Source: a virus
Taxonomy: Duplodnaviria > Caudoviricetes
Length of the DNA stretch: 64,000 bases
Reading direction: 5' to 3' (one strand)
IMG/VR virus record: IMGVR_UViG_3300045391_000852
Span: 6,263 to 70,262 of that record
Shown here: in pieces, positions 49,851-56,989 of the stretch
How positions within the stretch are numbered: position 1 is the first letter of the stretch
Layout of the letters: each line of letters opens with the position of its first letter
The notes under the pieces: generated by a model
Told to the model about the DNA's origin: nothing
What the model saw: the letters and a program-made list of their open reading frames with translations, nothing else
Databases searched by the model: none
Made by a program: the position numbers and the translations under genes

Positions 49851-50113
49851 TCGCTCGCTTCCTCAATTTTTGAAATGAAATCGCCAATGTCGAATTCTTC
49901 GATAGCATCTTTGACTTCACTGAGATTGTCGATGGCTTGTTGTGCCTTCGATCCTTTGTCGCCGCTTTGAAGACCTTCAGGCATATTGTCGAGATATTCA
50001 GTCTCTTCATCGTGAGCAGTTTCAATGATGGACTTTGCTTCTTCAAGCTTGCCCTGAGCCTCGCTTAAAAGGATCGTTGCCTGACCAAGCTTCTTCCGGC
50101 GCTCTGAATTCAT
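49847..50113 (-). CDS. hypothetical protein
   Basis: YLDNMPEGLQSGDKG motif, helical. Confidence 0.7.
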   Translation of the reverse strand: MNSERRKKLGQATILLSEAQGKLEEAKSIIETAHDEETEYLDNMPEGLQSGDKGSKAQQAIDNLSEVKDAIEEFDIGDFISKIEEASE

Positions 50114-50538
50114 GGCGCTCTCTCTTCCGATGCAATAATCCCCGGTGTCTGCTTTGTGCGAAGATGCAAAATCTTTTCGCGAGCGCGATTGATCCGGCTC
50201 TTCAGTGTGCCAATCTTGATGTTGAGTTCAGCAGCTGCTCTTTCATAATCGAAGCCATCATTAATTTTCATGAGAGCTTCCCATTGATCCTTCGGGATGG
50301 AAGCGCTGAATTGATTGTCGCTCTCTTGAAACTTGAAACCAGCACTGTGTCCGCGCATGCTTGTCTTCCTTTTCGGTTGCCGGCAGAGCGCCGGGAAATT
50401 GTGACGGTGGAATGCTTCAGCTGCATAGCTCCGAAAGCTCTTGCCGCATTGGCATGTCATCTTGTCAGACCAATGCTTCACTCCTCTTCCTCCAAGAGGC
50501 AAATCCTCATGGAGCTTGATGTGAATGACTGTCATCAC
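50110..50538 (-). CDS. sigma-70 region 4 (ECF-like) HTH protein
   Basis: FDYERAAAELNIKIGTLKSRINRAREKIL; N-terminal CQC...HRH. Confidence 0.7.
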   Translation of the reverse strand: MMTVIHIKLHEDLPLGGRGVKHWSDKMTCQCGKSFRSYAAEAFHRHNFPALCRQPKRKTSMRGHSAGFKFQESDNQFSASIPKDQWEALMKINDGFDYERAAAELNIKIGTLKSRINRAREKILHLRTKQTPGIIASEERAP

Positions 50539-50741
50539 ATGTCCTCATGTCGATAGGCGCTCTCGGAAACTGCCGCAACGCCTTCTTGAATTGTCGGTCG
50601 CTGACGTATCATCTTGAAGGCCGAATGCATATCCTCGCGCCGGGATACGGTGCCAAGATGTGCATTCGGCCAGTACTCCATCGCGAGCCGGACTGCATCA
50701 TTGATCTGTTGACGCATGTATCGGTCAATCGCGTTATTCAT
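50535..50741 (-). CDS. hypothetical protein
   Basis: Start MNNAIDRY with GGAG RBS. Confidence 0.5.
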   Translation of the reverse strand: MNNAIDRYMRQQINDAVRLAMEYWPNAHLGTVSRREDMHSAFKMIRQRPTIQEGVAAVSESAYRHEDM

Positions 50742-51060
50742 AATGTGGCTTCTCCTTTGGATAGTTTTTCTCCGGCCAACACTCTCGGACCTCTGCAACA
50801 TATCGTCCGGTCGAAAGAACGCTATCAATCGACCTTCGGCCAACATTGACAGATTGCCCAAGAAGACCATTCAATAGAGCGGCATGTTGCTCTGCCTCTT
50901 CTTCTGAGGCTTCGCCTGAGAAGACTTTAGCCACGCTGTCTGGTGGCATGCCGTCAAGAACGTCATCAACGCGCTCCCCGACATCGTACCACCATCCTCC
51001 CTCTTCGGGACCGCCATAGCGGCGGTCTGTCAGATAGATCGCAACGGAATGAAATGGCAT
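50734..51060 (-). CDS. hypothetical protein
   Basis: YLTDRRYGGPEEGGWWY motif. Confidence 0.7.
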   Translation of the reverse strand: MPFHSVAIYLTDRRYGGPEEGGWWYDVGERVDDVLDGMPPDSVAKVFSGEASEEEAEQHAALLNGLLGQSVNVGRRSIDSVLSTGRYVAEVRECWPEKNYPKEKPHYE

Positions 51061-51351
51061 TCACGCCTCCATTGCTTCGCGCGGGCACCATGGCTCCAGA
51101 TCGGAGCGCGGCACCATATACCATTTCTGCGGCCGATGATCAGGCAGCAAGAAGGCTTTCCGCTCGCGATCTGAATAGGCGATGCCGGCAGCAGTGAAAG
51201 GCCCATTGTCAACGAGACAGACAAACATCTTGTCTTTCAGATCGCTCCATGGCATCTCGCGAACGACAGCGATATTGACTTGCTGACCATTTCGCGCCAA
51301 CCAGTCTTCCTTCGTTCCGACTGGCGGATTGATGTAATAACCCATATTCAT
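51061..51351 (-). CDS. hypothetical protein
   Basis: VCLVDNGPFTAAGIAYS motif. Confidence 0.65.
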   Translation of the reverse strand: MNMGYYINPPVGTKEDWLARNGQQVNIAVVREMPWSDLKDKMFVCLVDNGPFTAAGIAYSDRERKAFLLPDHRPQKWYMVPRSDLEPWCPREAMEA

Positions 51352-51596
51352 TTCCTTCCTTGTTTGATGAGAAGACCTTTCCCATAGAGGTCTTCATAAA
51401 AATCGACTTCAAGCTTGATGCGTTCCTCGACGCCGGGATGTGAGTAATCAGGAGCCCACACCCAAGCTCCTTCCTTTCCGTAATGGACCTTCTTGTAAGG
51501 CAGTGGCCCAATCAACAACCCCGGAGGATTGAAACCGGGCCACTGCCACATCGCATCTTCTTCAGCTTTGGTTGCCACTTGCCTCCTCCGGTACAT
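51348..51596 (-). CDS. hypothetical protein
   Basis: 82 aa ORF. Confidence 0.5.
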   Translation of the reverse strand: MYRRRQVATKAEEDAMWQWPGFNPPGLLIGPLPYKKVHYGKEGAWVWAPDYSHPGVEERIKLEVDFYEDLYGKGLLIKQGRK

Positions 51597-52146
51597 ATTG
51601 CTTCACGATCTTTTTAACGAACCAATCTGGAACTCCGGGAACGGAAAAATCGCCGGACTTATTTTTGATATTGGCGACAGCATCTCGCATCATGAATTCA
51701 CGGTCTTGTTCATCAAGACAAAGCCAAGACATGCGAGTATATATTTCCATATTCTCATGTGCCTCGATTTCCCAAGGCAGCGACGAATAAGCGAACTTTG
51801 AATTGCAGATTGCTCGCGGCCAATATTCACCTTTCCAAATCGTCCCGCCTGTAAGCTTGTCATCAAACATATCGCCTCGGAGGTATTGAGCGACATGAGT
51901 TGTCTCATGGATCAAGACGCTTCCGAACTCAACGATACCTTCGTCCGGCGAAACTGCAATAATGAAGTCATGTTCGAGCTTCGTCATAACGCCGCGCTTC
52001 GCCGGATGATCAAACCTCTCCCGGCGAAGGAAAACTGATGTGTCCTTTTTATCGATGCCGAATTCCCGGCAACAAAAACTGAATTGCTTTTGGATGATGC
52101 GTTTTTCAGGAGCCGAAAATTGATCTGACATGACCAGTGTAGGCAT
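51562..52146 (-). CDS. putative zinc metallopeptidase
   Basis: LIHETTHVAQY (HExxH) plus PWEIEA; first gene downstream of ribozyme HH-D. Confidence 0.65.
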   Translation of the reverse strand: MPTLVMSDQFSAPEKRIIQKQFSFCCREFGIDKKDTSVFLRRERFDHPAKRGVMTKLEHDFIIAVSPDEGIVEFGSVLIHETTHVAQYLRGDMFDDKLTGGTIWKGEYWPRAICNSKFAYSSLPWEIEAHENMEIYTRMSWLCLDEQDREFMMRDAVANIKNKSGDFSVPGVPDWFVKKIVKQYVPEEASGNQS

Positions 52147-52176
52147 TGTCTTCCCCTAATCCAAGGTTTTCTGATG

Positions 52177-52233
52177 GGCCTCATCAGCGAGCGTTCCACG
52201 CTCGGACGCCGGGGTTAACCCGGCGTTTCGGCC
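52177..52233 (-). ncRNA. hammerhead ribozyme type II (HH-D)
   Basis: GGCC-GAAA-CGCCGGG[UUAAC]CCCGGCG-UC / CGAGCG[UGGAA]CGCUCG-CUGAUGA-GGCC; complete core; predicted cleavage after 52205. Confidence 0.92.
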
Positions 52234-52451
52234 TGACGTTTTGCGTAAACCTGCAGAGCTTCAACAAAGGTCTTCTTCGCGTGAAGTATCGATCCCTCTG
52301 TTAGATTATCAATGCTTGCTGCATACTTACCGATGTTGCGACCAAGAATAATGGTCATTGCGATGCTGGCATCACCAACATCCATTTTCTTTTCCGAGAT
52401 AAATTTTTCAATCTCGGAAATGGCTTCAATAACTTTGACTGGCTCAGCCAT
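52215..52451 (-). CDS. hypothetical protein
   Basis: 78 aa; last codons and stop lie inside HH-D. Confidence 0.65.
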   Translation of the reverse strand: MAEPVKVIEAISEIEKFISEKKMDVGDASIAMTIILGRNIGKYAASIDNLTEGSILHAKKTFVEALQVYAKRQAETPG

Positions 52452-52463
52452 CTCTTCTCCTTT

Positions 52464-52922
52464 TCAGAACCAAACTTTATCAAGCATGAGGATCGCGCGA
52501 CCTCGAATGTCTGGATCGTTCGGACGCTTTCCCTCCATGGCGTCAGCCAGAGAGATGAGGAAAGCTTCCTTCAACATTTCACAGGTCGATTGTCCCGGCC
52601 TCTTCGGCATCTTATGGGCCTGTGATGCCGTCCAGTAGATCGCGGTGGCGATGACGTTTCGCGGGAGGTCTTTCAGCCTTCCGGTGTCGTCAACAAACAT
52701 GTCAGTCACGCCGGTCTTCGCGAGGAAGGAGTTGACATAGACATGCTCGAAATTGGCGCGACGAAAGAAAGGCACTTCAATCTTATCGACCAATTCAGGA
52801 TAATCCGGACGGCGTTGCCGGAATTCCATTTCTTTCAGGTCAGCGAAGACCTTTTCCCAATCTTCCGGCTTCGCGTCCGGTTCGATGCAGAGATACTTGG
52901 TGGTGAATTTTTTATCAGACAT
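52464..52922 (-). CDS. hypothetical protein
   Basis: Start MSDKKF. Confidence 0.65.
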   Translation of the reverse strand: MSDKKFTTKYLCIEPDAKPEDWEKVFADLKEMEFRQRRPDYPELVDKIEVPFFRRANFEHVYVNSFLAKTGVTDMFVDDTGRLKDLPRNVIATAIYWTASQAHKMPKRPGQSTCEMLKEAFLISLADAMEGKRPNDPDIRGRAILMLDKVWF

Positions 52923-52924
52923 TT

Positions 52925-53089
52925 TCACATTCCTAATGTTTCGAGGAGGAAGACGTGCCACTGGTTAGTAGTACCCCAGCGGATGCAAGCGGCAACTTGG
53001 TGTTGCGGAAAGCGCAAATCGCGATGGACTTTGAAAAAGCTCAAGTCGCGTTTCTCGTGAGACTGGATCAGATGAAATTGAGTTTCCAT
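52925..53089 (-). CDS. small hypothetical protein
   Basis: TGATG overlap; METQFHLIQSH. Confidence 0.45.
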   Translation of the reverse strand: METQFHLIQSHEKRDLSFFKVHRDLRFPQHQVAACIRWGTTNQWHVFLLETLGM

Positions 53090-53418
53090 CAATATGTCTC
53101 CTTCATCCATTTTTCGAAGGCTTCCATGATGCCGCCAACGAAAGTGAAACCATCATTGAGATTGACTGAGCCAGCAGCAAAGTCAGACCATTTCACGCTC
53201 CAATGAGGAGCAGGACCAATTGCCGGCCACCATTCGAGTTTGTCAAGATTTACATCAACTTCAAAATTGATGATCTGATTGCCATCTTTCATTTCCAGAT
53301 CAAAGAACCGATCTGGAAGGCCATGGTTGCCGTCCGTCTCGATGTAAGGCAAGACACAATCCAGCGTCCATTTCCCGGCAACATTCTTCCGAAAGATGAG
53401 ATGTTTCTTAGCCGTCAT
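53089..53418 (-). CDS. hypothetical protein
   Basis: 109 aa; ATGA overlap. Confidence 0.6.
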   Translation of the reverse strand: MTAKKHLIFRKNVAGKWTLDCVLPYIETDGNHGLPDRFFDLEMKDGNQIINFEVDVNLDKLEWWPAIGPAPHWSVKWSDFAAGSVNLNDGFTFVGGIMEAFEKWMKETY

Positions 53419-53609
53419 GCAACACTCCGGGTTGCAGCCTCGCGACCGCGCAGGACGTTCTCGTTGTAGGCATCGACCAAAGATGCTGGAGCACCGCGAA
53501 GGAACCAGTCAACACGAGATTTGAAACGATCCTTCTTGATCGCTGCGTCGAAGGCGTTGGGATCGATATGAGCCGAAGCGAGAGCTTCATTGAAGATGCG
53601 TTCAAACAT
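53415..53609 (-). CDS. small hypothetical protein
   Basis: MFERIFNEAL with GAGG RBS, downstream of HH-C. Confidence 0.6.
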   Translation of the reverse strand: MFERIFNEALASAHIDPNAFDAAIKKDRFKSRVDWFLRGAPASLVDAYNENVLRGREAATRSVA

Positions 53610-53637
53610 TTCCGTTTTCCTCTTCCAAGGTTCTGAT

Positions 53638-53695
53638 GATCTCATCAGGCCGCTCATCCAAGCGACGACCGGAGAAGCTTTCCCCGGTTTCGATC
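53638..53695 (-). ncRNA. hammerhead ribozyme type II (HH-C)
   Basis: GAUC-GAAA-CCGGGGAA[AGC]UUCUCCGG-UC / GUCGCU[UGGAUG]AGCGGC-CUGAUGA-GAUC; predicted cleavage after 53667. Confidence 0.92.
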
Positions 53696-53697
53696 TG

Positions 53698-53937
53698 TTA
53701 ACAAAAGCCAATCCACTCTCCGGCCTCGTTGCGTCCCATGTCGAGACGATCACACATGACCTTTTCGTGAGTGGATCGTTCATCCTCAAACTCATCACCG
53801 AAAATTTGCTGCATTTCTTCGCGATGCTGTTTGGCTTCAAATTCTCGATCATTGATGTCATCGATGATTTGATCATCGCTCATGCCTTTGGCACGAAGAT
53901 CATCGACCAGAGAGAGGATTGATTTGTTGATGGTCAT
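53698..53937 (-). CDS. small acidic protein
   Basis: MTINKS...; TAA directly before HH-C. Confidence 0.6.
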   Translation of the reverse strand: MTINKSILSLVDDLRAKGMSDDQIIDDINDREFEAKQHREEMQQIFGDEFEDERSTHEKVMCDRLDMGRNEAGEWIGFC

Positions 53938-53953
53938 AGTCAGTTTCCCCTTT

Positions 53954-54169
53954 TTAATTCGAGTTGTATGGAGAGATTGGAAGTGCATCAACAATATTGT
54001 AGAAACGGTTCATCTCATTCTCCAATTTATTGATTTGGCGCTGAATTTTTCCATATTGTTTATCGCCAACAATAAAGTTGTCTTGTTCTTTTTCCAAAGC
54101 GATGTGTTCACGCGTCAATTGACGCATATAGGTGCGAAGTTCAGATTGAAGCTTTTTGCTGCTGATCAT
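53954..54169 (-). CDS. small coiled-coil protein
   Basis: MISSKKLQSEL. Confidence 0.55.
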   Translation of the reverse strand: MISSKKLQSELRTYMRQLTREHIALEKEQDNFIVGDKQYGKIQRQINKLENEMNRFYNIVDALPISPYNSN

Positions 54170-54170
54170 C

Positions 54171-54239
54171 TCACTTGCCTCCATTGCGGAAGGTTTCAAG
54201 CTCGCGGCGGCGAAGATAGGCGATCAATTTTTTGCTCAT
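54171..54239 (-). CDS. 22-aa basic peptide
   Basis: MSKKLIAYLRRRELETFRNGGK with AAGGA RBS, downstream of HH-B. Confidence 0.45.
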   Translation of the reverse strand: MSKKLIAYLRRRELETFRNGGK

Positions 54240-54266
54240 GACATTTTCCTTGTCCAAGGTTCTGAT

Positions 54267-54326
54267 GATCTCATCAGGCCGCGTTCCACGCGACGACCGG
54301 GAAGCTCTCGCCTCCCGGTTTCGATC
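54267..54326 (-). ncRNA. hammerhead ribozyme type II (HH-B)
   Basis: GAUC-GAAA-CCGGGAGGC[GAGA]GCUUCCCGG-UC / GUCGCG[UGGAA]CGCGGC-CUGAUGA-GAUC; predicted cleavage after 54295. Confidence 0.92.
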
Positions 54327-54328
54327 TG

Positions 54329-54433
54329 TCAGCTGGCGAGATAGGCGATAAGGATTGAAAGGACCAATCCGAAAATCATCGGCCAATTTCGCCACTCGGC
54401 AATTTCATCTTCGGTACGAGGTTCATCACTCAT
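54329..54433 (-). CDS. 34-aa membrane peptide
   Basis: MSDEPRTEDEIAEWRNWPMIFGLVLSILIAYLAS; ATGA overlap upstream, TGA directly before HH-B. Confidence 0.55.
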   Translation of the reverse strand: MSDEPRTEDEIAEWRNWPMIFGLVLSILIAYLAS

Positions 54434-54603
54434 GATGAAATCATCCCAGTGGGATCGTACAAAATGAAGAGGCCAATAACCGCTTCAAAAGTTTCCAACA
54501 TGTGGAAGCCAATCGCATTCACCAACACGACAGCGAAGAGGCCAAGCCCACAGCAGTGCTTGTAGTGGGTGTGGTTCAGTTTGTGAGGGTCGGGAAGCTT
54601 CAT
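54430..54603 (-). CDS. small His-rich membrane protein
   Basis: MKLPDPHKLNHTHYKHCCG then hydrophobic segments; AAGGA RBS downstream of HH-A. Confidence 0.55.
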   Translation of the reverse strand: MKLPDPHKLNHTHYKHCCGLGLFAVVLVNAIGFHMLETFEAVIGLFILYDPTGMISS

Positions 54604-54633
54604 GGTCGTTTTCCTTTTCCAAGGGTTGCTGAT

Positions 54634-54689
54634 GATCTCATCAGGCGTCTCATTCCAAGACGCGACCGGCCACATGGCCGGTTTCGATC
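54634..54689 (-). ncRNA. hammerhead ribozyme type II (HH-A)
   Basis: GAUC-GAAA-CCGGCC[AUGU]GGCCGG-UC / GCGUCU[UGGAAUG]AGACGC-CUGAUGA-GAUC; predicted cleavage after 54664. Confidence 0.92.
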
Positions 54690-54940
54690 TGTGTTTGCAA
54701 AATTTGTCTCCGTGGATTTCTCATCACGGTGAAACGGACGACTTGCCCCGTTCTGTCGGAAACCTCGCGCCACCCGCTGCTTAACTCCATACCGAATTTC
54801 GGAGGCTCCCTGCGTCGGCCACGATGGGCACTTAGGAGCCGAGATTTTCGGCGGTCGAAAGGGAAACCTTGAAGGAGCTTCCCGGCGTTCTTGGGCGGCG
54901 CGAACCGCGTCAATGACCCTATTTAACTCCCAAAAACAAA

Positions 54941-54967
54941 GAAAGAAAAGAAAAAAGATGGGGTCAA
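54941..54967 (-). promoter_or_regulatory. repeated promoter-like motif heading the ribozyme operon
   Basis: TTGACC CCATCTTTTTT CTTTTCTTTC. Confidence 0.6.
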
Positions 54968-55004
54968 AGTCAGAAAAATTGATGCGTTTTCAAAGGAAAA
55001 GCCA

Positions 55005-56696
55005 TCATTCCTCAGAAATAATGGCCTGCCGGATTTCGTCCAGCGTCAAATCGGCCAAATCCTTCTTGTTTTTGAGATTGCGCAAAATCGACCGATCTAC
55101 CGACTTGGTGGCCACGAGGTCGAAATAAGTCACTGTTCCGAGCGTCCCAATTCGGTGGGTCCGTCCGTCCGCTTGCCATCGATCTACTGCATTGAAGCTG
55201 TTCGAAAAGAAGATAACCGTTTGGCAATGGCCTTGAAGATTGAGACCAACACCGCCAGAGCGCGGATTTGAAACGAAGCATCGCGCTTTCCCGGAAAGAA
55301 ATGCATCCCTAGCAGCACTGCGTTCATTGTCGTTGCCTTCATAAACAACAAACGTCTCTCCGGCCTTCTTCAAGGCTTCAGTGATGACAGCGCGATCCTC
55401 GATGAAGCGGCACCAAATAACAATTGGCCCGGTCGATAGATCAACAATGTCCATCATCGCTTCAACGCGCTCGCCTCCAAAACGATGCATCTCACCTTCG
55501 CCGGGGAGATGGCCGCAGACAATTTGATGAAGCCGGAGGAGGCCGACTGCAGCATTGACACCGTCCACAATCGTTCCATCATCCATCTCTGTGAGGAGCG
55601 TCTTTTTCATCTCATCATAATGCTTCCGCGTCGCATTGCTCATCTCATATTCACGCACAGAATAAATCTTCGGCGGAAGGTCAATGGCCTCTTCCTTCGT
55701 CAGCCGGAAAGAATGAGGTGCGATGAGTGAATAAAGCTCTTCTGTATTTTTCTGCGCCACAACAGTCCGTCCATCCTTTCCGGAAATGCAGTAACGGGCA
55801 CGGAAGGAGGAGAGATATTTGCAACCCAGAATGAGCGGTGACAAGAATTCAAACTGAGTGAAGAGGTCCATAACATTCTTCGCTTGCGGCGTTCCGGTTG
55901 CGATCCGGCGATATGTCGCCATTTCACCAAGCTCGTTCAGCGCTCGCGTCCGGTCAGAGGCTTGGTTCTTGAAGTCGTGACTTTCATCGATGAACAGTGC
56001 CACCTTCCCGCTGTGCGTCTTCATAAACGCTTTCGCGCTCGCGAGGCCATCCTTTGTCCGAATTGCATCTGTGTTCATTGCGAAGAATGTTAGTTTCTTT
56101 GCCGGCAGCTTCCAATCAGTGATCCTCTTTTTCTTCCAAACGATACCGCTCCAAGCAATACGCTTGTCCATGTGGCGCGGTATCTCTTCATCGATCCATT
56201 GCCGATGCACACCCTTCGGCGCGAGAACGAGCACGCCAGTGATCTTCCCCCGGAGGAAGAGGATGCCGGCAGTAACAATCATGATGAAGGTCTTTCCTAA
56301 ACCAACATCGAAAAGGAGAGCGTAATATTCCCTGAACCAAGACAACCGAATGCACTTATCTTGGTGATCATATGGCGTCTCGTTGAAATTGTAGTCCAGT
56401 GGTTCGTCCGGAGCGCTCGCATGCTGCGTCGGCATTGACTGAACCTTCTCCATCTCAGTCAACTGTCCAATGCGATCCTGAAATTCAATCGCATAATCAC
56501 TCTCTTGAAGAATACGAAGGTTGGATGGGGTGCCTTCAATCTTGACAGAATTCAGTCCGTCCCAGTTCTTTCGACCGGCGAGCGAATTGATCAAACGGAT
56601 GAATGGGAAAGGAAAAGGACCGAACAAAGTGCAACGATTTTCAGACCAGATTTCTGCCTTGATCACTTTCGCAATTCCTTCTTCTTTTCGTTGCAA
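55005..56696 (-). CDS. SNF2-family (SF2) helicase
   Basis: FDVGLGKT, FIDESH, TGTP, GGVGLNL, QADGRTHRIG. Confidence 0.9.
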   Translation of the reverse strand: MQRKEEGIAKVIKAEIWSENRCTLFGPFPFPFIRLINSLAGRKNWDGLNSVKIEGTPSNLRILQESDYAIEFQDRIGQLTEMEKVQSMPTQHASAPDEPLDYNFNETPYDHQDKCIRLSWFREYYALLFDVGLGKTFIMIVTAGILFLRGKITGVLVLAPKGVHRQWIDEEIPRHMDKRIAWSGIVWKKKRITDWKLPAKKLTFFAMNTDAIRTKDGLASAKAFMKTHSGKVALFIDESHDFKNQASDRTRALNELGEMATYRRIATGTPQAKNVMDLFTQFEFLSPLILGCKYLSSFRARYCISGKDGRTVVAQKNTEELYSLIAPHSFRLTKEEAIDLPPKIYSVREYEMSNATRKHYDEMKKTLLTEMDDGTIVDGVNAAVGLLRLHQIVCGHLPGEGEMHRFGGERVEAMMDIVDLSTGPIVIWCRFIEDRAVITEALKKAGETFVVYEGNDNERSAARDAFLSGKARCFVSNPRSGGVGLNLQGHCQTVIFFSNSFNAVDRWQADGRTHRIGTLGTVTYFDLVATKSVDRSILRNLKNKKDLADLTLDEIRQAIISEE

Positions 56697-56989
56697 GCTC
56701 GTGCCGCCTCGCTCATTGTCTTGAAAAATGGCAGCTTGGCCTCTGGGTGAATATCATCACCGATAAAATTTGCCTTGTGGACAAACATCTCAGTTGAGAA
56801 GGCTGCATTCTTCCATGTCGCGGAATATGCTTTGTAGTTCGCATCGAAGAAAATATTGAATTGATAAGTGTTCCATGTCGCATACCACCATCGACAACCG
56901 TCCTTCGCGAGTTTTTGAACTAGCTCAAAAGCCCTAGGGTCTTCCCGGAGGTTGCCTTCATGCTGAGGGTAGTATTCCTTAAACCTCAT
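56663..56989 (-). CDS. hypothetical protein
   Basis: 108 aa ORF, overlap coupling. Confidence 0.5.
   Translation of the reverse strand: MRFKEYYPQHEGNLREDPRAFELVQKLAKDGCRWWYATWNTYQFNIFFDANYKAYSATWKNAAFSTEMFVHKANFIGDDIHPEAKLPFFKTMSEAARACNEKKKELRK

Noticed and set aside
53415-54395. Track ORFs 53415-53876 and 54171-54395 reading through the ribozymes
   Set aside because: Better RBS-supported starts lie just downstream of each ribozyme, and separate upstream genes end right before them.
52161-54691. Repeats CCAAGG..CTGATG..CTCATCAG as a CRISPR array or recombination sites
   Set aside because: Spacing is irregular (370-1460 nt), repeats are separated by whole genes, no cas genes are present, and variation preserves RNA pairing as expected for ribozymes.
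54650-54913. 87-aa ORF in the leader ending inside HH-A
   Set aside because: Weak TTG start and no motif; not called, although it cannot be excluded.
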